Shown: in pieces, positions 9,740 to 19,823 of the stretch
Layout: each line of letters starts with the position of its first letter
Numbering within the stretch: position 1 is the first letter of the stretch
NCBI GenBank assembly: GCA_965218585.1
Contig: CBDCLE010000012.1
Coordinates: forward strand, 32,001 to 96,000
Direction: 5' to 3'
DNA from: Terriglobia bacterium
Lineage (GTDB): Bacteria > Acidobacteriota > Terriglobia > 20CM-2-55-15
Length of the DNA stretch: 64,000 nt
Program-made: the position numbers and the translations under genes
The notes under the pieces: generated by a model
The model's database searches: none
The model's input: the letters and a program-made list of their open reading frames with translations, nothing else
Told to the model about the DNA's origin: nothing

Positions 9740-11719
9740 CTACAGGAGGGAGATGGGGTCAACATCGACGATGACACGGGTCGGGGAGATCTTGTTTTCC
9801 GTTACGTAGGATTGGAGTTGCCCGAGCAAACGATGCAAAGGTTCCCTGGAGGCGGATTTGATCAACAGCTGATGGCGGTAGGTCCGGTTGATCTTTTCCA
9901 GGGGCGCGGCGGCCGGCCCCAGGATCCGAACGGATCGCGTTCTGACGCTGTCGAGGAAATCGCCGATGTCACGCGCAAGGCTGGCCGCTCTTTCCCGGCT
10001 TCGTTCCAGGACCATGACACCGGCGAGAACGGTATACGGCGGATAGAACATCGACCGGCGGAACTGGATCTCGCGTCTGTAGAACTGTTCGAACCTTTGC
10101 GTTGACGCAAGCTGAAACGTGTAGTGGTCAGGAAAATAGCTTTGAATGATTACCTGTCCGGGCACGTCACCGCGGCCGGAACGGCCGGCCACCTGAGTCA
10201 AGAGCTGAAAGGTCCGTTCTGCCGCCCTGAAATCGGGCAGGGAAAGTGCAGCATCAGCTGAAATAACACCGACCAATGTCACCTTGGGAAAGTCGTGGCC
10301 TTTCGCGACCATCTGTGTCCCAACCAGAATGTCGAGCTCTCCGGCTCGAAAATCCTTGAGTATGCGATCGTAGTCTCCGAGGTTGCGCATCGTGTCCCGA
10401 TCGACTCGCCCGATGCGCGCACTCTCGTATCGCTCCTTGAGCAGGGCCTCCAACTGTTCGGTTCCCTCGCCGACATATTGAACGTATTCGCTCTGGCATT
10501 CCGGACAAGTGGTTTCCGGCTTGCGTGTGAGACCGCAGTAGTGGCAGAGAAGCCTGTTGATCGACCGATGGTAGGTCATCGAAACGCTGCAGTCGCGGCA
10601 ATGAAACGAGTAGTTGCAGTGGCGGCAGAGCAAGAACATCGAAAAGCCCCTGCGATTCAGGAGGATGATGGTTTGTTCCCGACGCCCGAGCCGATCTTCG
10701 ATAGCGTCCACGAGCCGCTCGGACAGGACGACCTGCTTGCCCTGATCGGCATATTCGTCACGCATATTGACGATTTCCACGCTCGGAAGGGGACGCTCCT
10801 CGACTCGATCCGGAAGTTGGGCATACACATACCGCTGCGTCTCTGCGTTTCGGAATGATTCCATCGAAGGCGTAGCAGACCCCAGAACAGTGACAGCCCC
10901 AGCCATCTTCGCCCTCATAACCGCGCAATCACGGGCATTGTAGCGGGGCATCTCATCCTGCTTATAACTGCCCTCGTGTTCCTCATCGACAACAATGATC
11001 CCGAGGTTCTCGAGCGGAGCGAACAGAGCAGAACGGGTTCCGATGACGATGGATGCCAGACCCTTGTAAATCCGCAGCCACTCGTCAATCCGTTGCTTTC
11101 GAGTCAGTCCGCTGTGCAGGAGCGCCAAGCGCGAGCCAAACCTCTCGGCGAAGCGCTCACGCAACTGGGGTGTGAGTCCGATCTCCGGAACAAGTACCAG
11201 CGCGGTCTTTCCCCGGCGCTGGTAGTAATCCACACTCCGCATGTAGATCTCGGTCTTTCCGCTCCCCGTAACGCCGTGCAACAGAATGGTATTAAACCCT
11301 TCCCCTTCGGTGATTTCAGCGAAAGCGCTTTCCTGGGCGGGGGTCAATGTCGGAACCGATCCGACCAGGTGGGGTTTCGGCGGGGAACCTTCGAACTGCT
11401 CAAGGTGTTTCGTCGTGATTGCCGGCGGCAAGGCACTCTTGAGCACCTCGCCAAGCGGGGCCATGTAATAGTCGGCTATCCAGCGGCAGAGCTCGAAGAT
11501 GTCGTCGCGGATCAGGGGCTCCGGATCCAGAACCTCCAATATCTGCCGGACTTCCTCTAGCTCAGCGGGCTTCTCCTCCCGGAGTCCGACGACGAATCCC
11601 TGAACTTCTTCGCGCGTTCCAAAGGGAACGGTTACCCTGGCGGGAAAAGGTATTTCGCCTGGGATCTCATAGAGAAAAGTCTGCAAAAACGGAAGGCAGA
11701 CAGCGACATCGGCATACAT
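9740..11719 (-). CDS. priA: Primosomal protein N' (replication restart helicase)
   Basis: GVTGSGKT, DEEH, Cys-rich Zn module, KGHDFP, QVAGRSGR. Confidence 0.96.
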   Translation of the reverse strand: MYADVAVCLPFLQTFLYEIPGEIPFPARVTVPFGTREEVQGFVVGLREEKPAELEEVRQILEVLDPEPLIRDDIFELCRWIADYYMAPLGEVLKSALPPAITTKHLEQFEGSPPKPHLVGSVPTLTPAQESAFAEITEGEGFNTILLHGVTGSGKTEIYMRSVDYYQRRGKTALVLVPEIGLTPQLRERFAERFGSRLALLHSGLTRKQRIDEWLRIYKGLASIVIGTRSALFAPLENLGIIVVDEEHEGSYKQDEMPRYNARDCAVMRAKMAGAVTVLGSATPSMESFRNAETQRYVYAQLPDRVEERPLPSVEIVNMRDEYADQGKQVVLSERLVDAIEDRLGRREQTIILLNRRGFSMFLLCRHCNYSFHCRDCSVSMTYHRSINRLLCHYCGLTRKPETTCPECQSEYVQYVGEGTEQLEALLKERYESARIGRVDRDTMRNLGDYDRILKDFRAGELDILVGTQMVAKGHDFPKVTLVGVISADAALSLPDFRAAERTFQLLTQVAGRSGRGDVPGQVIIQSYFPDHYTFQLASTQRFEQFYRREIQFRRSMFYPPYTVLAGVMVLERSRERAASLARDIGDFLDSVRTRSVRILGPAAAPLEKINRTYRHQLLIKSASREPLHRLLGQLQSYVTENKISPTRVIVDVDPISLL

Positions 11720-11741
11720 ATCGTCAACCCAACGAGGAGAG

Positions 11742-12413
11742 CTACACGGGCCCGCCGAGAGCCGCTCGAATCTGCTTCATGTCTTCCCAGACCTCACGCT
11801 TCTTCGCGGGATTGCGGAGGAGATAGGCGGGATGGAACGTGGCAATAAAACGGACGCCTTCGATATTATGAAAGCGCCCTCGCAATTTCGAAATGGGCAC
11901 TTTCATGCCGAGCATCGTCTGTGCCGCAAACGTTCCCAGACAACACACGATCTCGGGGCGCACAACTTCCAGCTGACGGCGGAGGAACGGACTGCACGTG
12001 TCCACTTCATCTGACTCGGGATTGCGGTTCTTCGGCGGACGGCACTTGAGCACGTTGCAGATGTAAACATCGTCCCTTGTCAGCTCGATCGACTCGATAA
12101 TCTTCGTCAGAAGCTGTCCGGCCCGGCCAACGAAGGGTAACCCCTGACGATCCTCCTCTGAACCCGGGGCTTCTCCAATAAACATGAGGCGCGCATCGGG
12201 ATTACCCGAACCGAATACAATCTCAGTTCTCGACGCTGAAAGCTTGCAGCGGCTGCAATCACCCAGATCTTCGCGTACGTCGTCCAGCGTCATCTGGGCG
12301 TCTATTGGTGGATCAGCCGACGGACCAACCGCAGCCACTTCGGCGACATCGACGTGAGAAATGCCGATGTCTCTGAAAAACTGGAGTTGTCCGGCAATCT
12401 CATCTCGGTTCAT
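11742..12413 (-). CDS. Uracil-DNA glycosylase, family 4 (Fe-S)
   Basis: CSRC, GEAPG, PFVGRAG, KCRPP, HPAYLLR. Confidence 0.93.
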   Translation of the reverse strand: MNRDEIAGQLQFFRDIGISHVDVAEVAAVGPSADPPIDAQMTLDDVREDLGDCSRCKLSASRTEIVFGSGNPDARLMFIGEAPGSEEDRQGLPFVGRAGQLLTKIIESIELTRDDVYICNVLKCRPPKNRNPESDEVDTCSPFLRRQLEVVRPEIVCCLGTFAAQTMLGMKVPISKLRGRFHNIEGVRFIATFHPAYLLRNPAKKREVWEDMKQIRAALGGPV

Positions 12414-12500
12414 TGGAGTGAAGCGCCTTCAGCTATCGTCGATGAGCCGTCACCCGTCGGTCGGTGGCGGCTGAAAGCCAATAGCTGGTAGCCCTGAATG

Positions 12501-13715
12501 CTATAAGAGCGGTATGACCCGATCGATGATCCGGTGGGCCACTTCGACCTTCGACATCAGCGGCAGATCTTCCCGGCCGCCTTTGGAATCTACTATGGTC
12601 GCCCGACTAGTATCACCGTCAAAAGCCGAATCGGGTCCCGAAACAGCATTAACGATGATCAAATCAAGGTTCTTCGACCGCAACTTTTCCAAGCCGAAAT
12701 CGACGTGATTTTCCGTCTCTGCTGCAAAACCGACGAGAACGGTGCCGTTCTTGGCCTTCCCGATCTCACTGAGAATATCGGGGGTAGGTTCGAACTTAAC
12801 GTCCAAACCAGAACCTTTCTTGATCTTCTGGGAAGAGGTGGCGGTAGGTCGGAAATCCAGGGGTGCTGCAGCTTTGACCACGACGTCAGCATCCGGCAGA
12901 TGATTGAGAACGGCATCACGCATCTCTTCGGTAGTTCGGACCCGAATCGTTCCTGGAAATTCCACATCAGTCGGCCCTGAAATCAGAGTAACTTCACCGC
13001 CACGTTCGGTGACGGCCCGAGCCAGGGCGACACCCATCTTGCCCGAGGAACGGTTGCTGATGAAACGGACAGGATCGATGTCCTCGACTGTCGGCCCCGC
13101 GGTGACCAGGACACGCTTACCTTCCAGGTCCCTTCCGTGCTCCAGGGAAGCGACTACATGTTCGACAATCCGGCCGACATCGGCCAATCGACCCGGGCCG
13201 ACTGTATGGCAAGCCATTTCTCCGACGTCCGGAGCGATCACATGCACTCCCCGCCGTTCGAGTACACGCAAATTATCCTGCACAGCCGGATGCTCCCACA
13301 TCTGGGTATTCATGGCAGGAGCGATTACGACGGTGGATTCGAAAGCCAGATGAAAAGTTGTCAGAAAGTCGTTCGCAATCCCCGAAGCCATACGGGCAAT
13401 ACAATCTGCTGTGGCGGGGGCTATGAGAAAGAGATCTACGGACTGGGCCAGGAAGATGTGGTCGAAAGAGCCTTCGAAGGCGTCGCCCGGAGATGCTCCT
13501 TCGAACATGTCGCTATAGACTTTGTTCCCTGAGAGAGCCCCGAACGTAAGAGGTGTCACGAAGCGACGGGCGTTCGGCGTCATTATTACCGTAACGTCGA
13601 ACCCCCGATCCTGGAGCCGGCGAAGGATCTCAGCAGATTTATAACAAGCGATCCCGCCGCTGACTCCAAGCGCGACCTTTCGTTTCTGATCTGTCCTGGC
13701 CACTTTCTCCTTCAC
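12501..13715 (-). CDS. coaBC: Phosphopantothenoylcysteine decarboxylase/ligase
   Basis: GGIACYK, APAMN, TAGPT, DPVRFISNRSSGKMG, GFAAET. Confidence 0.96.
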   Translation of the reverse strand: MKEKVARTDQKRKVALGVSGGIACYKSAEILRRLQDRGFDVTVIMTPNARRFVTPLTFGALSGNKVYSDMFEGASPGDAFEGSFDHIFLAQSVDLFLIAPATADCIARMASGIANDFLTTFHLAFESTVVIAPAMNTQMWEHPAVQDNLRVLERRGVHVIAPDVGEMACHTVGPGRLADVGRIVEHVVASLEHGRDLEGKRVLVTAGPTVEDIDPVRFISNRSSGKMGVALARAVTERGGEVTLISGPTDVEFPGTIRVRTTEEMRDAVLNHLPDADVVVKAAAPLDFRPTATSSQKIKKGSGLDVKFEPTPDILSEIGKAKNGTVLVGFAAETENHVDFGLEKLRSKNLDLIIVNAVSGPDSAFDGDTSRATIVDSKGGREDLPLMSKVEVAHRIIDRVIPLL

Positions 13716-13733
13716 GGCCTCACCCTCTCAAGT

Positions 13734-13928
13734 CTATTTTTTAGCTTTCATGTCAGGAATGGTAAACTGAATCAGGTTTTGCAACACCTCTTGCTGCGCG
13801 ATCTGCGTCGCCTTACGGTCAGGGTCGTCAATCAACGGCCGACTGCCACTTTGTATCTGCCGCGCGCGTAGTGCGGAAAGAATCACAAACCTGTATTTAC
13901 TGTCGATCGTCTCTGGAATCTCTATCAA
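13734..13928 (-). CDS. rpoZ: RNA polymerase omega subunit
   Basis: DSKYRFVILSALRARQI motif; lies between gmk and coaBC. Confidence 0.9.
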   Translation of the reverse strand: MIEIPETIDSKYRFVILSALRARQIQSGSRPLIDDPDRKATQIAQQEVLQNLIQFTIPDMKAKK

Positions 13929-14542
13929 TCCAAACCTCCAAAAGAAGCAATGATTTCACGTATCCGGTCTTCCTGTTGTACCGGCTTCGCCGATCCCGAA
14001 CGCACGATCGCATCCAGAAGCCCGATGGACTCGTCCAACCGGTCGTTAATAACAACGTAATCGTAATCGTTGTACTGCAAAATTTCCTTCTTCGCGAACG
14101 CCAGACGTTTGCGAATCGTTTCATCGTCCTCGAGGCGACGCTCTTTCAAACGCCTCTGTAGTTCCGCGTACGAAGGGGGCATCAGGAAAATCGTCACCGC
14201 CCGGTCAACCTTGCTTTTTACCTGCCGTGCACCCTGGACATCGATGTCCAGAATCACGGCCTTTCCTGACGCTATGTTCTCTTCAACAAACTGGCGAGAC
14301 GTCCCATACAAGTTTCCGTTGTATTCCGCCCATTCGAGAAACTCTTTCTGCCCCACCATGCGATCGAACTCATCCCGATCGACAAAAAAGTACTCGACAC
14401 CGTCTTTCTCGTGCCCGCGAGGAGCCCGGGTCGTGTAGGAAACCGAAAAAAGCAGGTGATCGAACTTCGTGACCAGGTGCTGGAGCAGGGTAGTTTTCCC
14501 GGAGCCCGAAGGCGCAGACACGATGTAGAGATTTCCGCGCAT
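13925..14542 (-). CDS. gmk: Guanylate kinase
   Basis: APSGSGKTT, SYTTRAPR, YGT, LDIDVQG. Confidence 0.96.
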   Translation of the reverse strand: MRGNLYIVSAPSGSGKTTLLQHLVTKFDHLLFSVSYTTRAPRGHEKDGVEYFFVDRDEFDRMVGQKEFLEWAEYNGNLYGTSRQFVEENIASGKAVILDIDVQGARQVKSKVDRAVTIFLMPPSYAELQRRLKERRLEDDETIRKRLAFAKKEILQYNDYDYVVINDRLDESIGLLDAIVRSGSAKPVQQEDRIREIIASFGGLD

Positions 14543-14573
14543 CGGCCAAACTCTTAATATAACCCAGTTGACG

Positions 14574-14663
14574 ATAAAAAGGGGTCAGAGCCCTATTTCC
14601 CTATTTTTAATTGGAATAAATGTAACGGTGAATTGGGGAAATAGGGCTCTGACCCCTTTTTAT
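14574..14663. repeat. 28-bp perfect inverted repeat (REP-like or terminator-like) with a 34-nt AT-rich loop
   Basis: ATAAAAAGGGGTCAGAGCCCTATTTCCC (14574-14601) and its exact reverse complement at 14636-14663; overlaps the yicC stop. Confidence 0.85.
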
Positions 14664-15559
14664 TCAATGTTCTGAACCTGCTCTCGCAGCTTGTCGATTT
14701 CTACCTTGATTTCTATCGCGGCCTCACCAAGGGCCACGCCTGACTGATTCAGACCGGACGTTTTAGAAAGAATGGTCGTAACCTCACGATTCATCTCCTG
14801 CAGGAGAAAATCCAGCCTCTTTCCCGCCTCGCTCTCACGCGACGTAATTCCGCTGAAATGGTCCAGGTGGCTCTCCAGACGCGTAATCTCTTCGGCAATA
14901 TCACTCTTCTCGGCGTGGATAAGCGCTTCGACCTCAAGTCGGCTACTGTCTACGCTCAAGTTCGGCGCCAGTTCTGAAACACGGTCGATCAGAAGCTCCC
15001 TGTAGTGCTGAAGTAACCCTGTGGCCCCCCGACGGATTGTTTCCAGGTTTCCCCGAATGGTTTCGATTCTCCGTTCCAGGTCTTCAACCAGAACCTGACC
15101 TTCCTTCGTTCGCATCTCATAAACCTGCTGAATGGCTGCAATTGAAGCCTTTTCGAGATTTTCGGACAAGGATTCCCGCTCCTCGGAAGTGAGATCGTCA
15201 CCGGACACGCTAATCGCCCCGGGCAGTCTCGAAATGGTTTCCAGCGTCAGCTCACCAGTGATTGGAAAACGGCGTTGGAGGTTTCTGACGAGTTCTACGT
15301 AGGACTCGATGAGCTCGGGATTCGCTTCCATCTGAACCTGTTCTTTCCTCAATTCAATCTTCACGAAAACGTCTACGCGTCCCCGGCGCAACTTACCCGA
15401 TACGGCTTTCCTCACGACAGGTTCGAGACTCTGAAACTCCGCCGGGAGACGGATGTGAAGATCCAGATAGCGGTGATTCACGGTCTTGGCCTCCACAGAA
15501 ATCGTCAGGTTTGGAATCTCGACGCGGCCTGAGCCGAAACCAGTCATGCTCAATATCAT
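14660..15559 (-). CDS. yicC: YicC/YloC family endoribonuclease
   Basis: MILSMTGFG, VNHRYLD, GKRLDFLLQEMNRE, REQVQNIE. Confidence 0.93.
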   Translation of the reverse strand: MILSMTGFGSGRVEIPNLTISVEAKTVNHRYLDLHIRLPAEFQSLEPVVRKAVSGKLRRGRVDVFVKIELRKEQVQMEANPELIESYVELVRNLQRRFPITGELTLETISRLPGAISVSGDDLTSEERESLSENLEKASIAAIQQVYEMRTKEGQVLVEDLERRIETIRGNLETIRRGATGLLQHYRELLIDRVSELAPNLSVDSSRLEVEALIHAEKSDIAEEITRLESHLDHFSGITSRESEAGKRLDFLLQEMNREVTTILSKTSGLNQSGVALGEAAIEIKVEIDKLREQVQNIE

Positions 15560-17343
15560 GAAGGCACATCCTCGAACTGCAGTTGATGAAGCTTCCAGTA
15601 AAGCCCCCTGCGTACAATCAATTCTTCATGTGTCCCCTGTTCCCGGATCCGGCCATCGGAAAGCACAAGAATGCGGTCGGCGCCCCTCACGGTAGACAGC
15701 CGGTGGGCGATGACGATCGTTGTTCGACCTTCCATGAGATTCTGAAGCGCGCGTTGAACGAGCGATTCCGACTCCGCGTCGAGAGAGGAGGTTGCCTCGT
15801 CGAGGATCAGAATCGGCGCATCCTTGAGTAGCGCACGTGCAATTGAGACCCGCTGGCGTTCACCGCCGGAAAGCCGCAATCCTCGCTCTCCGATCACCGT
15901 TTCGTATCCTTCAGGCAAACCGGAAACGAAACCATCGACGAGAGCGGCACGGGCCGCTGCATATATGTCGTCTCCACCGGCCTTGGGATTGCCGTAGGCG
16001 ATGTTCGTCCGAATCGTGTCGTTGAAAAGGATGACGTCCTGCGTCACCATGGCGATCTTGTCACGCAGGGAACGCAACCTGAAGTCCCGAATGCCGATCC
16101 CGTCGATCTCGACACTGCCGCCGGTGACATCGTAAAAACGGGGCAGCAGGTTTACAAGCGTCGTCTTCCCCACACCACTGGATCCCACCAATGCCAAGAC
16201 CTCACCCGGTAGCAAGGTAAAAGAAATACCATCGAGAGTCGTCTGTTCTGGTGAGTACTCAAACCGAACGTCACGAAACTTGATCGCGTGGCGAAATTCA
16301 CCCAGTTGCCGGTCTCCGGGATCGGGCTCGACTTGGGAACCGAGAATTTCAAATAACTTTCCCGACGCCCCTATGGCCTGTTGAAAAGAGTTATTGATGC
16401 CGCTCATTCTACGGATGGGGTCGTAGAGCTTTATCAGAGAGATGATGAAAGCCAGGAACAAACCGACGCTCATCCGCCCAGCCTGAATCTCGTTCCGAGC
16501 ATAGAGGAGAAACCCGACAACAACGAAAATCCCCAGGACTTCCATCAACGGAGACGACAGGGCCCAAGTCAGCCGTTGGCGAATGTTTAACTGGAATACT
16601 CGTGTGGCAGCAGCTCGGAACTTCGCTAGTTCTGCGGACTCCATGGTAAAGATCTTGACGATCCGGTTCCCTGAAAAGGTCTCGAAAAGGATGTTGGCCA
16701 TTCCAGCCATTTCTTCCTGGTTGGAACGGCTCAAACGTCTCAGTCGTCTTCCAAACCACACCGTGGGGTAGAAAACCAACGGCACAAGCACCAGCGAGCT
16801 GATCGCCAGCTTCCAGTCGATCACGAGAATCGCCACGAGAAGAGCCAGGAGGATAGCGCTTTGTTTCAGAAACTCGGCCAGCGTCTCTGATACTGCCGTC
16901 TGGACCTTCTCTACGTCCGCGGAAACGCGGGAAATCAGTTCCCCTGTCGGATAGCGAGCAAAGAATCCCAGCGGCTGAGACACTATCGAACTGTAGACGT
17001 CTGTGCGAAGATCCCGGACGACAGATTGGCCCAGATAGGCTGTCGACGCAACGGATCCGTATTCGGCCACAGCCTTAATGATCGTCGCGACGACCAGGGC
17101 CCCTAGCAACCACAGACCGTATTCCGGTGGCACACTAAACGGGATATCAAAAAACGGAGTTTCCAGAGTCGGTGTTTCGGATTGCTCAAGGATGGTGTCG
17201 AACACCAGGCCGATCAGGAACGGCGACACCGCTTCCAGAACACCCACAACGGCAACCAGGATCAGGGTCACGCTGATCGTCCACGCATACGGTCTCACGT
17301 ACTTGCGAAATTCAGGCAGCGTTGACTGTGTGCCCTCTCTCAC
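15556..17343 (-). CDS. msbA: MsbA-like ABC exporter (lipid A flippase)
   Basis: 6-TM domain plus NBD (GSSGVGKT, LSGGERQR, ILDEATS); LPS gene context. Confidence 0.8.
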   Translation of the reverse strand: MREGTQSTLPEFRKYVRPYAWTISVTLILVAVVGVLEAVSPFLIGLVFDTILEQSETPTLETPFFDIPFSVPPEYGLWLLGALVVATIIKAVAEYGSVASTAYLGQSVVRDLRTDVYSSIVSQPLGFFARYPTGELISRVSADVEKVQTAVSETLAEFLKQSAILLALLVAILVIDWKLAISSLVLVPLVFYPTVWFGRRLRRLSRSNQEEMAGMANILFETFSGNRIVKIFTMESAELAKFRAAATRVFQLNIRQRLTWALSSPLMEVLGIFVVVGFLLYARNEIQAGRMSVGLFLAFIISLIKLYDPIRRMSGINNSFQQAIGASGKLFEILGSQVEPDPGDRQLGEFRHAIKFRDVRFEYSPEQTTLDGISFTLLPGEVLALVGSSGVGKTTLVNLLPRFYDVTGGSVEIDGIGIRDFRLRSLRDKIAMVTQDVILFNDTIRTNIAYGNPKAGGDDIYAAARAALVDGFVSGLPEGYETVIGERGLRLSGGERQRVSIARALLKDAPILILDEATSSLDAESESLVQRALQNLMEGRTTIVIAHRLSTVRGADRILVLSDGRIREQGTHEELIVRRGLYWKLHQLQFEDVPS

Positions 17344-19067
17344 TTTAGCAGCCGATCTCCCAGAGCATCCCGGACGCGCTCTTTGATCTTCTCGTGGTCT
17401 CGCATTTTCAGAAGTCCGTCCGTAAGCTCACGTAGTTCCGTAAGAGAAACAGAACGGATCAGCTCCTTGATACGCGAGTACGCCCCGACATTGACTGAAA
17501 GTGCAGTAAAACCCAATCCGAGCAGAACCGCAGCCGGAAACGGATCGGCAGCGATCTCCCCGCAGACCACAATCGGTTTCCCGGTCGGCTCGACCAGATC
17601 GTGCACCTGTTTCAATTGCCTCAACACGGCAGGATGGAAAGGATTGTACAGGCCCAGACTGGATTGATCCGCACGATCGATCGCCAGCTGGTATTGAATC
17701 AAGTCGTTGGTTCCCAGGCAGAAGAAATCCACCTCCGACGCCATCAAGTCACACGTCTGGGCAGCCGCCGGAGTCTCGATCATCACACCCACGGGAACGG
17801 TTTCGTCAAACTCGATTCCTTTTGAAGTCAGTCTGCGGCGAACGTCAGTAATGATGCGGTTCGCCTCGGAAAGCTCGTCCAGGGTGGACACGAATGGAAG
17901 GACGATCCTTGCATGGCCGTTGGGTGAAGATCGGTATATAGCTCGAAGCTGCTTTCGGAACAGCGACCTGTTCTCCAGCAGAAACCGCAATCCCCGGGCA
18001 CTGGTTGCGTTTATCGTACCGTCAAGACCCTCCCCTCCGCCGATGTCGATCACGCGTATATTGATAGGGAGCTTGCTGGCATTGGACAGCACGTAGGAGT
18101 AATCCTCGACCATCTTGTCTTCGGTGAGCTGTGTGCCCTCGCGAAAGAAATCGAATTCGGTGCGATAGAGACCGATAGCCTCACATTCGTTGGCTACCAC
18201 TGACTGCACGTCGTCCTTGAAGTTGATATTGGCGCCTAAAAGGATCGAGATCCGGTCTTTCGTGACGCATGGTGCGTGCGTCACTCGAGCGAGACGTTTA
18301 CGCGACTTTTCTTCCTGCCTTACTCTCTCCCGGTAGATTTCGAGGGTCTCCTCCGAAGGCGCACGGACGACAACACCTTCATCGCCGTCGACGACGATCA
18401 GTTCTCCAGAGATCAGGCCGCCGAGCACGTCGGCAACGCCTGTCACTGCCGGAACATCCATCGAACGCGCCATTATCGAGGTATGTGACAGCGGCCCCCC
18501 GATTTCGGAAACAAGTCCGACCAGTCGTGGCGATTTCAGTTCGAGCAATGTTGACGGCAGTATTGTTCGGCCGACCAGGATGGTGTGATAGCGAAGGGAC
18601 CGAAACGTCGGTGGCTGATACGAACGCAGATTGAAAAGGAGACGACGGACGACGTCCTCAAGGTCACCACGTCGATCCCGAAGGTAGACGTCATGGACCC
18701 GGTCGTACGCCTCCAGAATCGTTCCACTGACCGATTGGATAGCCCACTCCGCGTTGATGTGGTCACTCTTGATTTTGTCCACGATTCGATCAACGAACAT
18801 TGCGTCTTCGAGAATGAGCAGATGGGCATCGATCAGCATGGTCGAGTCACCGCCACTTGACTGTTCCAGCTTGGTCTGCATTTTTCCCAACTGGGAACGG
18901 GACTTCTCTACAGAACGCCGAAAACTCTCGACATGGGAATCGACTTCGTCCGCTTCCAACGAGTAATTGAGGGTGACCAACTCGGGATCCCATGCGGTCA
19001 CGGCATGACCAAACGCGATCCCTGGAGAGGCCGCGATGCCTTTCAGTTTACGTTCCACTACAGTCAC
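17340..19067 (-). CDS. ptsI: PTS enzyme I
   Basis: GIAASPG, phospho-His SHTSIMARS, IGLYRTEF, GTNDL, CGE. Confidence 0.92.
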   Translation of the reverse strand: MTVVERKLKGIAASPGIAFGHAVTAWDPELVTLNYSLEADEVDSHVESFRRSVEKSRSQLGKMQTKLEQSSGGDSTMLIDAHLLILEDAMFVDRIVDKIKSDHINAEWAIQSVSGTILEAYDRVHDVYLRDRRGDLEDVVRRLLFNLRSYQPPTFRSLRYHTILVGRTILPSTLLELKSPRLVGLVSEIGGPLSHTSIMARSMDVPAVTGVADVLGGLISGELIVVDGDEGVVVRAPSEETLEIYRERVRQEEKSRKRLARVTHAPCVTKDRISILLGANINFKDDVQSVVANECEAIGLYRTEFDFFREGTQLTEDKMVEDYSYVLSNASKLPINIRVIDIGGGEGLDGTINATSARGLRFLLENRSLFRKQLRAIYRSSPNGHARIVLPFVSTLDELSEANRIITDVRRRLTSKGIEFDETVPVGVMIETPAAAQTCDLMASEVDFFCLGTNDLIQYQLAIDRADQSSLGLYNPFHPAVLRQLKQVHDLVEPTGKPIVVCGEIAADPFPAAVLLGLGFTALSVNVGAYSRIKELIRSVSLTELRELTDGLLKMRDHEKIKERVRDALGDRLLK

Positions 19068-19095
19068 GGCACCAGCTTGTCGGGGCCGGTGGCTC

Positions 19096-19359
19096 TCAAC
19101 CCCTCAGATAATCGCAAACGGCCTCCATGGCCGCTTCCTCATCCTCGCCTTCGGCCCGAATCCTTACTCGGGTTCCCTGACCTGCTGCCAGCAGCAGAAT
19201 CGACAGGATGCTTCTGGCGTCGGCGGGTCCACCATCATCCCGATCAGCACGAGAGATGCTGATCTGGGAACGAAACTGTCCTGAAAGCTGTACGAGCTTG
19301 GCCGAGGCGCGGGCGTGCAATCCCAACCGGTGACCGATAACAACTTCGCGCGTCGTCAT
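19096..19359 (-). CDS. ptsH: HPr-family phosphocarrier
   Basis: GLHARAS (His15) and ARSIL (Ser46 equivalent). Confidence 0.9.
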   Translation of the reverse strand: MTTREVVIGHRLGLHARASAKLVQLSGQFRSQISISRADRDDGGPADARSILSILLLAAGQGTRVRIRAEGEDEEAAMEAVCDYLRG

Positions 19360-19766
19360 GACCGGGATCGAGGAGATAGCAACTCGCTGGCGATGTAGAT
19401 GTTGTTCTGACCGTTCTCGCGGACCAGTTTCGCGGCGTCAGCCAGATCAACCTCATCTCCGATCTGGATCAGCTTGATCAGCATTGGCAGGTTGACTCCC
19501 GTCACCACCTCGATCGCACCTTCGTCCAGGAACGTCGACGCGATGTTTGTCGGTGTCCCGCCGAACATGTCGGTCAGCACCAGCACGCCGGATCCGGTGT
19601 CCACCCGCTTGATCGCCTTTTCGACCATGGCCGACGCCATGTCCACGTCGTCGTGCCACCCGATCGAAACCGCGGCCACGTGCTGAATGTCTCCGAGAAT
19701 AGCTTCAGCCGCGTTCAACAGCTCAACCGCGAGCCTGCCATGAGTTACGATAAGACCGCCAACCAT
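19356..19766 (-). CDS. PTS EIIA, mannose/fructose family
   Basis: LIVTHG, LTDMFGGTP, GVNLPMLI. Confidence 0.92.
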   Translation of the reverse strand: MVGGLIVTHGRLAVELLNAAEAILGDIQHVAAVSIGWHDDVDMASAMVEKAIKRVDTGSGVLVLTDMFGGTPTNIASTFLDEGAIEVVTGVNLPMLIKLIQIGDEVDLADAAKLVRENGQNNIYIASELLSPRSRS

Positions 19767-19823
19767 GTATGAATTCTAGCATTTGCGGTCGGCTTTCAGC
19801 AGTCAGCTTTCAGCCCTCAGCTA

